This document shows, piece after piece, positions 19,605 through 29,886 of a stretch of DNA of 64,000 bases. The stretch lies in NCBI GenBank assembly GCA_964003245.1, contig CAXFIU010000002.1:7177-71176 (forward strand). The letters are read 5' to 3'. Origin of the DNA: an uncultured Candidatus Poseidoniales archaeon (GTDB taxonomy: Archaea; Thermoplasmatota; Poseidoniia; Poseidoniales; Thalassarchaeaceae). Within the stretch, counting starts at the first letter, position 1; every line of letters begins with the position of its first letter. Under the pieces are notes generated by a model. It ran no database searches. It worked only from the letters and a program-made list of their open reading frames with translations, and had not been told where the DNA came from. Made by a program: the position numbers and the translations under genes.

Positions 19605-20579
19605 ATGAGACACCCGCGGAAGGCGATTGAGGATGACTTCATGGCAAGAGAATCGAGAAAGATTGCAGTAATTGGCGCAGGGAATGTGGGTGCAACTTGC
19701 GCCTTTGTAATGGCTGAAAGAAAATTAGGAGAAATAGTACTGCTGGATATTTACGAAGGTTTTGCGAAAGGTAAAGCTCTTGATATGAGTCAAGGAGGAC
19801 AGGTTCTAAACTATGATGGGAAAATTACTGGCACCTCTAAATATGAAGATATTTCTGGAGCTGACGTCGTAGTAGTGACATCTGGTTTCCCAAGACAGCC
19901 GGGGATGAGTAGAGAAGATCTGATAGGGAAAAATGCCGAAATAATTTCACAAGTAGGCGCTGGAATCAGAGATTACGCTCCAGATTCAGTAGTAATAATG
20001 GTTACAAATCCATTAGATCTAATGACATACCATATGCAAAAAGTAACTGGTTTTGATCCAAAGAGAGTTATCGGGCAAGCAGGTATTCTCGATTCAGCAA
20101 GAATGACTCATTTTGTAGCGCAAGCAGTTGGATGCTCTAACGAAGACGTTCAAGCCATGGTCCTTGGAGGGCACGGAGACACAATGGTTCCATTACCAAG
20201 ATACACAACTGTTGGAGGGATACCTATTACTCAATTATTAGATAATGAAGAAATTGATGCTATATCCAAAAGAACTGCAAGTGGCGGAGGAGAAATAGTA
20301 AAATTATTAGAAAGAGGAAGTGCTTTCTATGCACCAGGGAGTGCCGCCGCCATAATGGCAGAATCTGTTCTAAATGATAGGAAAAGAATGTTACCTTGTA
20401 GCGCACTTTTGACTGGACAATACGGTTTAGAAGATGTTTACATAGGTGTACCTGTATTGTTAGGTAAAAATGGTGTAGAGAATATTGTTGAGTTAGAACT
20501 AGAAGATGATGAGTTGAATAGTCTGCAAAGTTCAGCTAATTTCTATAAATCACAATTAAGTGATATTCTTGGATATTAG
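19605..20579 (+). CDS. mdh: Malate/L-lactate dehydrogenase (LDH/MDH family)
   Basis: KIAVIGAGNVGATCAFVMA NAD-binding motif, GFPRQPGMSR substrate loop and LGGHGD catalytic region. Confidence 0.85.
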   Translation: MRHPRKAIEDDFMARESRKIAVIGAGNVGATCAFVMAERKLGEIVLLDIYEGFAKGKALDMSQGGQVLNYDGKITGTSKYEDISGADVVVVTSGFPRQPGMSREDLIGKNAEIISQVGAGIRDYAPDSVVIMVTNPLDLMTYHMQKVTGFDPKRVIGQAGILDSARMTHFVAQAVGCSNEDVQAMVLGGHGDTMVPLPRYTTVGGIPITQLLDNEEIDAISKRTASGGGEIVKLLERGSAFYAPGSAAAIMAESVLNDRKRMLPCSALLTGQYGLEDVYIGVPVLLGKNGVENIVELELEDDELNSLQSSANFYKSQLSDILGY

Positions 20580-20599
20580 AGATTAAAGAAGGCTCGAAA

Positions 20600-21355
20600 A
20601 TGAAAGAATATCTTTACCTCGAACATGATGGAAAGTTACTCTTAGTAAATAATGACGGCAAAGGCCCTGAAAAACCTGTAATGGGCAGGACTCATTTTGG
20701 AGATTCATTGATACGATTACCAACCATAGATGAAGTAAAAGATATGGGAATAAAATGGGAAAAAAAGAGAGAGAATTCTATCCATTTCGAAGATGATGGG
20801 GCTAAAGTAATAATTGCATCGCCAAGAATAGAATGGCCAGAAAATTGGGCATGGAAAGATTTTGTAATAAGTGATAATGCAGTTGATCCGATTGCAAGAG
20901 AATCAGTTTATCGAACAATTCATCGTGTTGTCTCAAAAGTCATAATAGAAAACGATCAAGGAATGATATTGATGGCCAAATCGAGTAGAGGATTTTTCAA
21001 TGGTTGTTGGACTCTACCTGGAGGATTTGTAGACTATGGTGAACATCCAAGACAGGCAGCTATCAGAGAGGCAAAAGAAGAATTAGGGATTGAAATTGAA
21101 ATTGCTGACCATTTAGGAGAATCAGGGAATCGGAAAAAAGGAAATGATGGCGCATTTATCCAAGAAAATATTTTCACATCAGAAGGGATTAATTGGCTGT
21201 CATTTACATACAGGGCAATATCCAATACTAATATTGAAAACATCATCCCTAAAAAAGGAGAAATTGAAGAAGCAAAATGGTTTACAAAAGAAAACGCACT
21301 TCGTAATTCAGTCAGTCTTTTCGATAAGGAAGCACTTTTAGCCCTTAACAAATAA
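20600..21355 (+). CDS. NUDIX hydrolase
   Basis: Nudix box GGFVDYGEHPRQAAIREAKEELGIEIE. Confidence 0.7.
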   Translation: MKEYLYLEHDGKLLLVNNDGKGPEKPVMGRTHFGDSLIRLPTIDEVKDMGIKWEKKRENSIHFEDDGAKVIIASPRIEWPENWAWKDFVISDNAVDPIARESVYRTIHRVVSKVIIENDQGMILMAKSSRGFFNGCWTLPGGFVDYGEHPRQAAIREAKEELGIEIEIADHLGESGNRKKGNDGAFIQENIFTSEGINWLSFTYRAISNTNIENIIPKKGEIEEAKWFTKENALRNSVSLFDKEALLALNK

Positions 21356-21378
21356 CCGAATCTAAAAGATTTGTTTAA

Positions 21379-21456
21379 TGGTGGGCCTGCCTGGATTTGA
21401 ACCAGAGTCTGTTCGTCCCAAACGAACAAGCATAGACCAGACTAACCCACAGGCCC
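21379..21456 (-). tRNA. tRNA-Pro (anticodon UGG), intron-less, CCA encoded
   Basis: Reverse complement reads GGGCCTGTGGGTTAGTCTGGTCTATGCTTGTTCGTTTGGGACGAACAGACTCTGGTTCAAATCCAGGCAGGCCCACCA. It has a 7-bp acceptor stem, a T-arm with TTCAAAT loop, and an anticodon stem GTTCG/CGAAC with loop TTTGGGA giving anticodon TGG. Confidence 0.75.
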
Positions 21457-21493
21457 TGTGAGTAATACGCCGAGAGAACTACCTGTCAAGAAC

Positions 21494-22015
21494 TTAACTC
21501 AGCCAATTCCATGTATTTTCATTGATTCGAATTAAGAAACCTTGAACTTCGGCTTGACCTATCAGATACTCACTTGATGAATCTTCCAAACCTTCTTCGG
21601 AAAGAAATTTATCTAAGGAAGACTTGGTCAAATTACCTTCTTTATCAGTGGCTTTCTTCAAAATTGATAAGCCTCCTAAGATAGTATCATTATTTGCCCT
21701 ACGTGTTTGAATTTTAGATTCTTTTTCTTTTATTTTGGATATTAATTCATGACTAATCTCATCGGGTATATTTGCAAAAGATATTGCCCTGGCCAATAGA
21801 TCAGCATTATCAAAACTTTCAATATATTTGAGATTGCTAGTAGAACCACATTTAGTGCAATAGTTATTTTGAGATTTGGTGGAGCCAAAGGAAAAGCCAC
21901 AGGAACATTTGATGAGATTGTAACGCATACTGATGATAATCTCAGAATGTGAAAGTACAAGAGTTTTCTGATGAGGGCTTTCACAATAATTCATGAATGA
22001 ATATGCTTGTCGCAA
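21494..22015 (-). CDS. Hypothetical zinc-ribbon protein with helical C-terminal domain
   Basis: CSCGFSF...CTKCGS four-Cys ribbon near the N-terminus. The likely start is the internal Met MRYNLIKCSCG. No family assignment. Confidence 0.35.
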   Translation of the reverse strand: MRQAYSFMNYCESPHQKTLVLSHSEIIISMRYNLIKCSCGFSFGSTKSQNNYCTKCGSTSNLKYIESFDNADLLARAISFANIPDEISHELISKIKEKESKIQTRRANNDTILGGLSILKKATDKEGNLTKSSLDKFLSEEGLEDSSSEYLIGQAEVQGFLIRINENTWNWLS

Positions 22016-22300
22016 TGCATGAACTGGGCGAGGGAAGCTGTTTCTTGGCTTTTAATCTCAATTCTAATCCTTCTGTCTGCAAAATTATTCATAGATTCTG
22101 AGGGAGAATCAGTATATTCTTGGGCTATCTTATTAATGATACCGATTCCATTATTTTTGATAATTACTTTTCAAACAAAGCAGCAAACATCTGGAAATGA
22201 TAATGCAGGAAGTATAGTTGAAGAAAATGATGAAATTAGTGAGATACAAAAAAAGGCCGAAGATCCTTTAGAAATAGGATTTGATATTCCTATTTTATAA

Positions 22301-24217
22301 TTACAATAATCTTAGTGTTTCTAAATTAGCTGGAGCGTAAGTTTGGACTCTAAATTTCTCACGAAGACCTTGGCGGAAGGCATTACAAGTTTGAGCGTCT
22401 CCATGATGACAAATAATTTTTCTAGGAGTAGGGTTCAATGCAGATACATAATCCATTAATTGATTCCTATCAGAATGACCACTGAAACCATCTATTTTCC
22501 TCATAGAACATCTCACATCTATCATCAAAGTTTGACCTTTGTCGATTAAAGGCACTGAAGAATGACCATCTCTGAGACGACTACCCAAAGTCCCTGAGGC
22601 TTGATATCCTACAAAACAGAGAGTATTATTTGGTTCAGGTGCCCAATGCTTGAAATATTCCACTATCGGCCCTCCTGTCATCATTCCACTTGTAGCTAAA
22701 ACAATACAGGGAGTAGGGTCTAAAAGTATAGATTCTCTTTGTTGATAAGATTCTACAGTTTTGAACCATTTAGAATGGAATGGATTATGCTCCCCTCCCT
22801 TGAGAAGTTTCTTCCTTAAGTCTCTATTCAAAAAATTAGGATGACTTGCATGAATAGCTGTGGCTTCTGAAATCATTCCATCTAGCCAAACTGTTACGGG
22901 AGAAACTTTTCCTGACTTGAATAATTCATCAATAGCTATCATTACTTCTTGGGAACGACCTACAGCGAATACTGGACAAAATATCTTTCCACCTCGACCA
23001 ATGACATCAATTATCATTTCCTGAAGTTCGTGACTAGCCGCATCTCTAGTTGGTTGGATATCTTGAGGGCCACCATAAGTAGATTCAACTACTAGAGTGT
23101 CTACTTTCGGGAATCTTACGGTTGCTGCGTCAAAAAGCCATGATTTCTCATACTTAATGTCTCCAGAAAACAATATCTTATGTTCATCATTTCCTTCGCC
23201 AATGTTCATGTAAACACTGGATGAACCAAGTATATGCCCTGCATTTTCCATTGTCATTTTGATGTCTGGGGCTATGTCAGTCTTTTCTCCCCAATTCACA
23301 TCAACAACATGCTTGATACATTCTTGAATATCTGCTTTGGAATAAGGAGGTTCATTTCCTTCGGCTTGACTAACTTTGACGTAATCAATTTGTAAAAGTG
23401 TCATTAAATCTCTGGTAGGAGGAGTGCAATATACTGGCCCCCTATAGCCATATCTGAATAAAACTGGAAGCATCGCTATGTGATCAACGTGAGCGTGGGT
23501 TATGACTATAGCATCGAGATTATCCAGTGGCATAAGCTCCGGAGCAGAAAAGAATGGTTGAACCTCATTCTTATTTGAGGTCGGTTTGGCACCACAATCA
23601 ACTAAAACCTTGGATTCGTTAGTTGTGATTAGGTGCATTGCTCTGCCTACTTCTCTATAAGAGCCGAGTGCTGTAATCCTAACCCATGGTTCTCCCGGTC
23701 GTTTTGTTCTATAAATTCGGGTACCAAACTTCCTTAGAAGAGATTTTCTTTCATCAGACATTTCTTTACGATACCGACGAATGTCGTGTTGTGTTCTACT
23801 CTCTATAGAGGGGGCCCTAACTACCTTAACTAACCAGCCTATTTTATCTCTAAGAGCTTGGATATTAGCTCCCTTCGGCCCAACTGCATCGGATGGATTG
23901 TCGCATTCTAAAATAACCTCACTCAGTGCTGGATCGAGCCAAATCTTTCTTATTTCGGCTTCAGGAGGAATAATTTCATTTACTGCATCGTGTACTTCTT
24001 TTTCATTGGAAAGGATATCGGGATGAGGTCTGATAACAATACGTCTTTTCACTTGTTTAGCGATTTTTACTGTAAGATTATCTGTAGAGCTGACAAATCT
24101 CTCAGGATGTTTAGTAATTACTGATATAGAACCGGCCTCAAGATCTATATCATAATCTATATCTTTAGGTATAATACCTGCTATTTTCTTCTTTAATTCG
24201 GCATAAGACAGTCTCAA
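22301..24217 (-). CDS. Archaeal CPSF1-type beta-CASP ribonuclease (KH-KH-MBL-beta-CASP; FttA-like termination factor)
   Basis: Two N-terminal KH domains, metallo-beta-lactamase motif ITHAHVDHIAMLP and beta-CASP region. The 638-aa size is typical of aCPSF1. Confidence 0.85.
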   Translation of the reverse strand: MRLSYAELKKKIAGIIPKDIDYDIDLEAGSISVITKHPERFVSSTDNLTVKIAKQVKRRIVIRPHPDILSNEKEVHDAVNEIIPPEAEIRKIWLDPALSEVILECDNPSDAVGPKGANIQALRDKIGWLVKVVRAPSIESRTQHDIRRYRKEMSDERKSLLRKFGTRIYRTKRPGEPWVRITALGSYREVGRAMHLITTNESKVLVDCGAKPTSNKNEVQPFFSAPELMPLDNLDAIVITHAHVDHIAMLPVLFRYGYRGPVYCTPPTRDLMTLLQIDYVKVSQAEGNEPPYSKADIQECIKHVVDVNWGEKTDIAPDIKMTMENAGHILGSSSVYMNIGEGNDEHKILFSGDIKYEKSWLFDAATVRFPKVDTLVVESTYGGPQDIQPTRDAASHELQEMIIDVIGRGGKIFCPVFAVGRSQEVMIAIDELFKSGKVSPVTVWLDGMISEATAIHASHPNFLNRDLRKKLLKGGEHNPFHSKWFKTVESYQQRESILLDPTPCIVLATSGMMTGGPIVEYFKHWAPEPNNTLCFVGYQASGTLGSRLRDGHSSVPLIDKGQTLMIDVRCSMRKIDGFSGHSDRNQLMDYVSALNPTPRKIICHHGDAQTCNAFRQGLREKFRVQTYAPANLETLRLL

Positions 24218-24292
24218 AATAACACCTCTTGGTTACCCACGCCATCGTCATTACTCCGAAAAATCGGAGAAGCGCGCTATGCGACGTGAGTA

Positions 24293-24919
24293 TTAAAGTG
24301 AAGAAAGAAGATTATCTACTTGTTCAACGGAAAGTTGTTCAAAGCCTTTCTCCGCAGTGATTACAGCCAAATCCATTCCATTACCACTTGCTGCATCTCT
24401 CTGAGCAGATGCAAGTAAGGCTTTTGCTGCAACTTTTAATGCAGATTTTTCATCCATTCCTTCTTGGAATTGATCTTCAAGAACCCCATACATGTAAGGT
24501 GAACCTGAACCTGTTGCACAATATACATCAGGTATTGAACCACCTGCTGAATCAATGCTGTAAACACTAGAACCTGAAGAATCGACCCCTACTATTAGTA
24601 GTTGGACATAATGAGGCCTTCCAACTAATATATTAGCAGTTAATGTAGCAGCTCCTTTAACAGTCATTGCATTACCTTCTTTTAATTCATAAAGCTTTAA
24701 TTCTGCCGCTAACGTCCTAGAAAGAGATTGAGCATGTCCTACCAAACCTGCAGTAGTAAGAGCAATACTATTAGAAATCTGGAATAACTTCTGGACACTC
24801 TTGTTAGCAATGAAATGGCCCATTGTAGCCCTGTGGTCTGCCCCAACAACAACTCCACCATCAAAGGTTATTCCAATAGTGCTTGTGCCTGTTTTTACTG
24901 CATCAGTTGTCGCGTGCAT
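24293..24919 (-). CDS. psmB: Proteasome subunit beta
   Basis: Short propeptide then the catalytic Thr in GTSTIGITFDGGVVVGADHRAT. Ntn-hydrolase proteasome beta fold motifs. Confidence 0.85.
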   Translation of the reverse strand: MHATTDAVKTGTSTIGITFDGGVVVGADHRATMGHFIANKSVQKLFQISNSIALTTAGLVGHAQSLSRTLAAELKLYELKEGNAMTVKGAATLTANILVGRPHYVQLLIVGVDSSGSSVYSIDSAGGSIPDVYCATGSGSPYMYGVLEDQFQEGMDEKSALKVAAKALLASAQRDAASGNGMDLAVITAEKGFEQLSVEQVDNLLSSL

Positions 24920-25087
24920 TTAATTCACCGCCGTAAGAGGAAGTCCCCTCAGCGTTATGGACTAAAATGAACCCCCTTATCAATGCGACGGAAAAGAGCC
25001 ATGAAATATATTCGAAAGGAGTGAAATTGGAATCTCCGATAATATTTCTATGGTATAAGTCAAGTATTACTACTACGGCGGGTTAAT

Positions 25088-25492
25088 GTGGCAAAACAGG
25101 ATTTGGATGAACCTAAATGGATTGAAATGCCAAGTTTACCAAATAATAGCATTAATTCAATTGATGTAGAGCAAGATTATCATGATCTTGGAGAGAGGTA
25201 TCCTCAAGCACCGGTACCAATACGCTCACAAGACACATTAATTCATAGAGCGAGTCTGGAAGATATCACAGGAATTCCTATGATAATGGATTGGGTAGCA
25301 GATGGAGACATTGTGATTTTGGAGATGAGTTCAATAATTGATCGAGAAATTGAGTTACAAACGGCAGTATCAAAATTACAAAAATTTATCGAAAATGAGA
25401 TTAAAGGGACTGTTTTTGGTTTAGGGCATAATCGTTTGTTACTCCTACCACCCGATTATGGTTCTAAAAATATAGAATCAAACTCGAACTGA
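25088..25492 (+). CDS. sepF: SepF-like cell division protein
   Basis: The C-terminal half (DGDIVILEMSSIIDREIELQTAVSKLQKFIENEIKGTVFGLGHNRLLLLPPDY) aligns with the SepF core of archaeal/bacterial SepF. Confidence 0.55.
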   Translation: MAKQDLDEPKWIEMPSLPNNSINSIDVEQDYHDLGERYPQAPVPIRSQDTLIHRASLEDITGIPMIMDWVADGDIVILEMSSIIDREIELQTAVSKLQKFIENEIKGTVFGLGHNRLLLLPPDYGSKNIESNSN

Positions 25493-25501
25493 GGTAAGAC
25501 T

Positions 25502-26095
25502 ATGGAAAGTACCGTAGAACAGCCTTGTCCAATATGCTTCTCTGAAGAAGGATTAACGATGATTGCTCATACTTCTGAAATTCCATACTTTGGAGAGCAT
25601 ACTCAATTGACTATATTGTGTCCTTCATGCGGATGGAAACATACTGACTTTATTCCTGCAGAAGGAAAAAAACCTGGCGCATGGAGTTTAGAAATCGACA
25701 GTTCGGAGATGTTATCTGTAAGAATAGTAAGATCTTCATCTTGTACAATAAGAATTGAAAAATTGGGATTAGAAGTTGACCCAGGAGGTGCTACAACAGG
25801 ATATGTATCAAATATTGAAGGAGTATTAAATAGATTTGAAGGAGCGATACAACTAATGTATAGGCAGTCTATAGCCTCTAAAGAACAAGAGATTGTCAAA
25901 AAATGTGAATTATTACTTAAAAAAATTGATTTAGTTAAGAGTGGTGATTTGGTCGTAGAAATGACACTTCTTGATCCTATGGGGCATAGTCAGATTTTAC
26001 ATAGTAATGCTATATCTAGGGATTTAACCAATGAAGAGTTAGAGAATCTAGAGGTGGGTCCCAGCATCCCAATTTTTAGTCCTGATGATGTTTGA
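25502..26095 (+). CDS. ZPR1-type zinc-finger protein
   Basis: CPICFSEEG...LTILCPSCGW is the C-x2-C...C-x2-C ZPR1 zinc finger. It is followed by a beta-rich ZPR1 A/B-like domain. Confidence 0.55.
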   Translation: MESTVEQPCPICFSEEGLTMIAHTSEIPYFGEHTQLTILCPSCGWKHTDFIPAEGKKPGAWSLEIDSSEMLSVRIVRSSSCTIRIEKLGLEVDPGGATTGYVSNIEGVLNRFEGAIQLMYRQSIASKEQEIVKKCELLLKKIDLVKSGDLVVEMTLLDPMGHSQILHSNAISRDLTNEELENLEVGPSIPIFSPDDV

Positions 26096-26098
26096 TAT

Positions 26099-27481
26099 TT
26101 ATCGAGAGTCATGGGATAAAAAATCATCAATTCTGTCAGACCATTGATTCCTTTTTTCGGATAAATCAGTTAACCACTCTGCGGCCCTATCAATACATAT
26201 TTGTTTAATTTCTCCTGCTAAGATTCTACCAGATTCATAATCTCGACCAATAGATTCTAATTCATTATCACTTTCTTCGAAAAAGTATTGTAAATATTGA
26301 TATGCAACATCTTTCGATAAATCGCCACCTAACCTTCTATGTTCTTCAACAGTTGCTTGCCCACCACTAAATGCCCTTTTGACCTTCTTAGACATTTCAT
26401 CTATAGAGTCGTGCATAAATATGGTAGTTTCAGGTTTAGAGGATGACATCTTGTCACCAGTCATACCTACTACAAAACGATGATATGTCGAGCAGGGAGG
26501 CATTAATCCCATTCCACCTATTTTCCGTTCAAGAGATAAAAGAGACAATTGTATCTTAGATTTGTCAAGAATTGTTGCACCGGGAATCTCTATAGTACCA
26601 TGTTTAGGATTCGATAAGATATCGGCAAATCCAAGTTTAGATAGAGAAGATTTTAGCTTATCAAATAACTGATTTCTTACATCACGGTTGACTCCTCCAT
26701 TATTGGAAACTCCCATCAAAGTTTTATTTTCTTCTTGAATTGATAAAGCGATTGTTAAACCTCCACTCTTACGAGACTTTACATTAAACCAATTAGTTTT
26801 ACTGACTAATCCTCTAGTAAGACGTATATGAGGGTCCTGATCAACTCCTACAGGGACTACAATAGGCCTTAACCCTCCATATTCATCTAACTGAGGGTGG
26901 ACGATATCTCCAGCTTGGACCAATGGGGCCTGAACATGAGCTAAGTTGGTTTCACCTGAAAAACCATAAATTGCCTCAAATTCTGAAATATTAGTTTTTT
27001 GCCCTAGTGTAAAACCTAGCCTTTGGACTACTGGCCTCATACTTTGAAAATAGACGTTGGTTTTTTCTGGATCAAGCCCCATTGCTGCATAGTTATTTAT
27101 GTATTCAGAAAGAGCAATTCTTCGCCCTTCTTCCAATGAAACATTTCTAGTTGCAAGGGCCTCTAAATCGGCAACTGTGACTGTTACATCGCCGCCCTGA
27201 TCTTGAAACCATTTAACCTGATTAATCACCATACTATGGCCAAGGTGCATTTTTCCACTTGGCATTAGTCCAGTTAAAACGCCAAAATTCTCACCAACAC
27301 TAATTCTGTTAAGGATTGTATCTAAATCTCTATGAGCAAAGATAATTCCTCTTCTATGTAAAAGATTAGGATTAGGAATCTTAGATATTTCAATATCGCT
27401 AAGACCGAAATTATCTCTAATTCTTTCATAGTCAGTAGACTGTTGAGATGACCAAGGGTCAATCCGAGAGTCACCTACCAT
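26099..27481 (-). CDS. trpS: Class I aminoacyl-tRNA synthetase of the Trp/Tyr subfamily, probably tryptophanyl-tRNA synthetase (archaeal/eukaryotic type with N-terminal extension)
   Basis: HIGH-type motif SGKMHLGH and KMSKS-type motif DKMSSSKPETTIFMHD. The 460-aa size and AAMGLDPEKT region favour TrpRS over TyrRS. Confidence 0.5.
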   Translation of the reverse strand: MVGDSRIDPWSSQQSTDYERIRDNFGLSDIEISKIPNPNLLHRRGIIFAHRDLDTILNRISVGENFGVLTGLMPSGKMHLGHSMVINQVKWFQDQGGDVTVTVADLEALATRNVSLEEGRRIALSEYINNYAAMGLDPEKTNVYFQSMRPVVQRLGFTLGQKTNISEFEAIYGFSGETNLAHVQAPLVQAGDIVHPQLDEYGGLRPIVVPVGVDQDPHIRLTRGLVSKTNWFNVKSRKSGGLTIALSIQEENKTLMGVSNNGGVNRDVRNQLFDKLKSSLSKLGFADILSNPKHGTIEIPGATILDKSKIQLSLLSLERKIGGMGLMPPCSTYHRFVVGMTGDKMSSSKPETTIFMHDSIDEMSKKVKRAFSGGQATVEEHRRLGGDLSKDVAYQYLQYFFEESDNELESIGRDYESGRILAGEIKQICIDRAAEWLTDLSEKRNQWSDRIDDFLSHDSR

Positions 27482-27579
27482 GCACGGTCGTGTGTAAACT
27501 CCTCAATCAAGGCTACGCATAAAACATTAGAAATAAGCCCATCTAGCATGCTAATCAATATTGGCAGGGATTTGGTAAA

Positions 27580-28635
27580 ATGACAGTCATACATTGTTTA
27601 GGATCAGGTCTTGTAGGTTCTTTTGTAATTAAAAAGTTATTAGATGAAAAAATGAAGATTAATCTTGTAGATATAGAAGAAAAAGAAATATTTAGTAGCA
27701 ATGATTTGTTAAAAATACATGTAACTGATGCAATAGAATATTGTAAAAATACTTCAAATGAAGATGAAATATTTGTTAATATGCTGCCCGGAAGCCTTGG
27801 TTTCAATGCTACAGAAATTCTAGTATCTAGAGGTAAGAAAGTTGTAGACCTAAGTTTTAGTGAGACCACACCCGATTCTCTCAATAAAAAGGCTATTGAT
27901 TCGGGAGCAAAAATCCTATGGGATGTTGGAATCGCACCCGGTTTCTCCAACATGCTAGTTTCATATGCCTCTAGATTAGGAGGAGGAGTATGTAATGTAG
28001 AAATTAGAGTGGGAGGAAATCCAATAGAAAGGGATGAAAAATGGAGTTATATGGCACCCTTCTCTCCTAAAGATGTAATTGCAGAATATACTCGCCCTGC
28101 AAGAATCATTAAATCAGGAAAATTAACGACTTTGCCAGCATTATCCGATATTCACAAAATAAATGTGCAACAAGTTGGAATCATGGAATCTTTCCTAACT
28201 GATGGACTTAGAAGTTTACTTAGTACAATATCATCAGAAGAAATGACGGAATATACAGTTAGATGGCCCGGACATATTCAGAGATATATTGATGAGAGAG
28301 ATGCTGGTATTCTAGATTATGAAAAATTAATTGAAGATTGGAAATTTGATAAAACACGTGATGAATTTACATGGATGGAAGTAAAAGTAGACTGTATGGA
28401 TGGTGAAAAAATGATCTGGACTGTGTTTGATCAAGGAAGAAATGGAGATTCATCTATGGCTAGAACTACTGGGTTAGTAACTGCATCATGTGTTAAACAA
28501 TGGATTTCTAATCCCGAATTAATTCAAGTTGGCGTCCATCCTCCAGAAAGTCTACCAAATGAAGTGATTGCTAATGTTTCACAATCACTTAAAGATGAAG
28601 GTGTTGAAATAAATGGCCCTGGAATTATACTATGA
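27580..28635 (+). CDS. Saccharopine dehydrogenase-like NAD(P)-binding oxidoreductase
   Basis: N-terminal Rossmann VIHCLGSGLVGSFVIKKL. The length and central region resemble saccharopine/homospermidine/carboxynorspermidine dehydrogenase-family proteins. Confidence 0.45.
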   Translation: MTVIHCLGSGLVGSFVIKKLLDEKMKINLVDIEEKEIFSSNDLLKIHVTDAIEYCKNTSNEDEIFVNMLPGSLGFNATEILVSRGKKVVDLSFSETTPDSLNKKAIDSGAKILWDVGIAPGFSNMLVSYASRLGGGVCNVEIRVGGNPIERDEKWSYMAPFSPKDVIAEYTRPARIIKSGKLTTLPALSDIHKINVQQVGIMESFLTDGLRSLLSTISSEEMTEYTVRWPGHIQRYIDERDAGILDYEKLIEDWKFDKTRDEFTWMEVKVDCMDGEKMIWTVFDQGRNGDSSMARTTGLVTASCVKQWISNPELIQVGVHPPESLPNEVIANVSQSLKDEGVEINGPGIIL

Positions 28636-29886
28636 TTCTCTTAATTTTTCATCTCTAGCAACAAGCCACTTTATGGTTAAAGGAGTTGCAATTAATACAC
28701 CAATTGCTATGATTGGAAGACGCCAGTCCATCTCTAATGCAGCCGGTCTCTCAATTAGCCATGTAAAAATTAGTGGGGAATCGTAGAAGTCGGATGCCCA
28801 TTCGTGAAGATTTTTTACATGATGCCCTACTACAGTAACGCTATGGTGTAAATCATTGAAAGTTTTCAAAGGATTATATGTGTATGACATATTTTCTTCG
28901 AAATTAATCACTACCTCATTCCCAGGATGAATTGAAAGAATTATCCCCTCATCAACTAATCTCCAACCTTCTTGTAAAGATTTTGAGTCTTCTGTAAGCA
29001 AAGGGAAATCATCCCCATTCCCATAATGAATAGTGGAAATAGGTGCATCTGTATTTATCATTAAGCTACCAGGTACTATCCAACTCGATTTGGAATCCTC
29101 AGGCAATTGCAAATTTATTGAAGAGTTAGATGACTCGACTAAGATTCTTGAACTAGATATGTTATGATTATACCATTCACCCCAAGTAGTATACCATACA
29201 TCTTGATCTTCTAAGAATTCAATCGCAGGTTTATCTTCTCTAACTTTAAGATCAAAAATTCTAGCTTCCCAATATATTGACACCAAAGAATCTTTCTCTG
29301 CCGACTCAAGCAAACTAATATCTGCTACATTTTTCTCTAGACTACCCCCATTTCTTTGAATTACAAAGAAATCGTCTGTTTCAGTATTCAAATTATCTCC
29401 AATAATTAAAAATCCTGATTCTTTTAATGAAGAAATTGTATCATTCGTAATGGTTTCTGGAACTCCGAATGAGATAGGTTCTTTACCCCATCGAGATGAA
29501 TTAGTATGATCTGATAAATAGTCTTTACAAGATTGAATGACAGAATTGTCATTATTGATATTTACTCCTTCATATCCATGGCAAGCAAATTCATCACCAT
29601 GTTCCAACCTTTCAGGCCCGATTAAGTTCCAGAGCCAATTATCGTCGTCCCAGTCCGCGATAACTGTCGGAGTTAATAACGGAGTAACAAAAATGACGAG
29701 AAGAAATACACCCACTCGCCTTACTTCCATGATATACCGAGTTAGAAATATGAGATTAACCCTTGTAATGCGTATAGAAAGCAATAAGTCTAATCGACTC
29801 CTCCGTTTGAAACAGATGTTATCTGATAAAAGCCTAGAATTAATTTCTAATGAAGTTGGTTTAGAGGGTGGGGGAACAGATTTCAA
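28630..29886 (-). CDS. Secreted hypothetical protein (signal peptide, C-terminal TM)
   Basis: The likely true start is the internal Met (about 29730) giving the signal peptide MEVRRVGVFLLVIFVTPLLTPTVIADW, which removes the apparent overlap with plsC. C-terminal anchor LPIIAIGVLIATPLTI. Confidence 0.4.
   Translation of the reverse strand: MKSVPPPSKPTSLEINSRLLSDNICFKRRSRLDLLLSIRITRVNLIFLTRYIMEVRRVGVFLLVIFVTPLLTPTVIADWDDDNWLWNLIGPERLEHGDEFACHGYEGVNINNDNSVIQSCKDYLSDHTNSSRWGKEPISFGVPETITNDTISSLKESGFLIIGDNLNTETDDFFVIQRNGGSLEKNVADISLLESAEKDSLVSIYWEARIFDLKVREDKPAIEFLEDQDVWYTTWGEWYNHNISSSRILVESSNSSINLQLPEDSKSSWIVPGSLMINTDAPISTIHYGNGDDFPLLTEDSKSLQEGWRLVDEGIILSIHPGNEVVINFEENMSYTYNPLKTFNDLHHSVTVVGHHVKNLHEWASDFYDSPLIFTWLIERPAALEMDWRLPIIAIGVLIATPLTIKWLVARDEKLRES

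Noticed and set aside
21034-21429. 131-aa minus-strand ORF
   Set aside because: Overlaps the 3' end of the NUDIX gene and the tRNA-Pro gene. It has no motif, and the tRNA explains the region.
22007-22300. 97-aa hydrophobic ORF between the Zn-ribbon gene and aCPSF1
   Set aside because: Could be a genuine small membrane protein, but nothing beyond an ORF and one hydrophobic segment supports it. Left unannotated.
26099-27481. Assigning the class I synthetase specifically as TyrRS
   Set aside because: The KMSSS motif also occurs in archaeal TyrRS. The 460-aa length, the N-terminal extension and the region after KMSSS (TIFMHD) fit archaeal/eukaryotic TrpRS better. Kept as probable TrpRS with moderate confidence.
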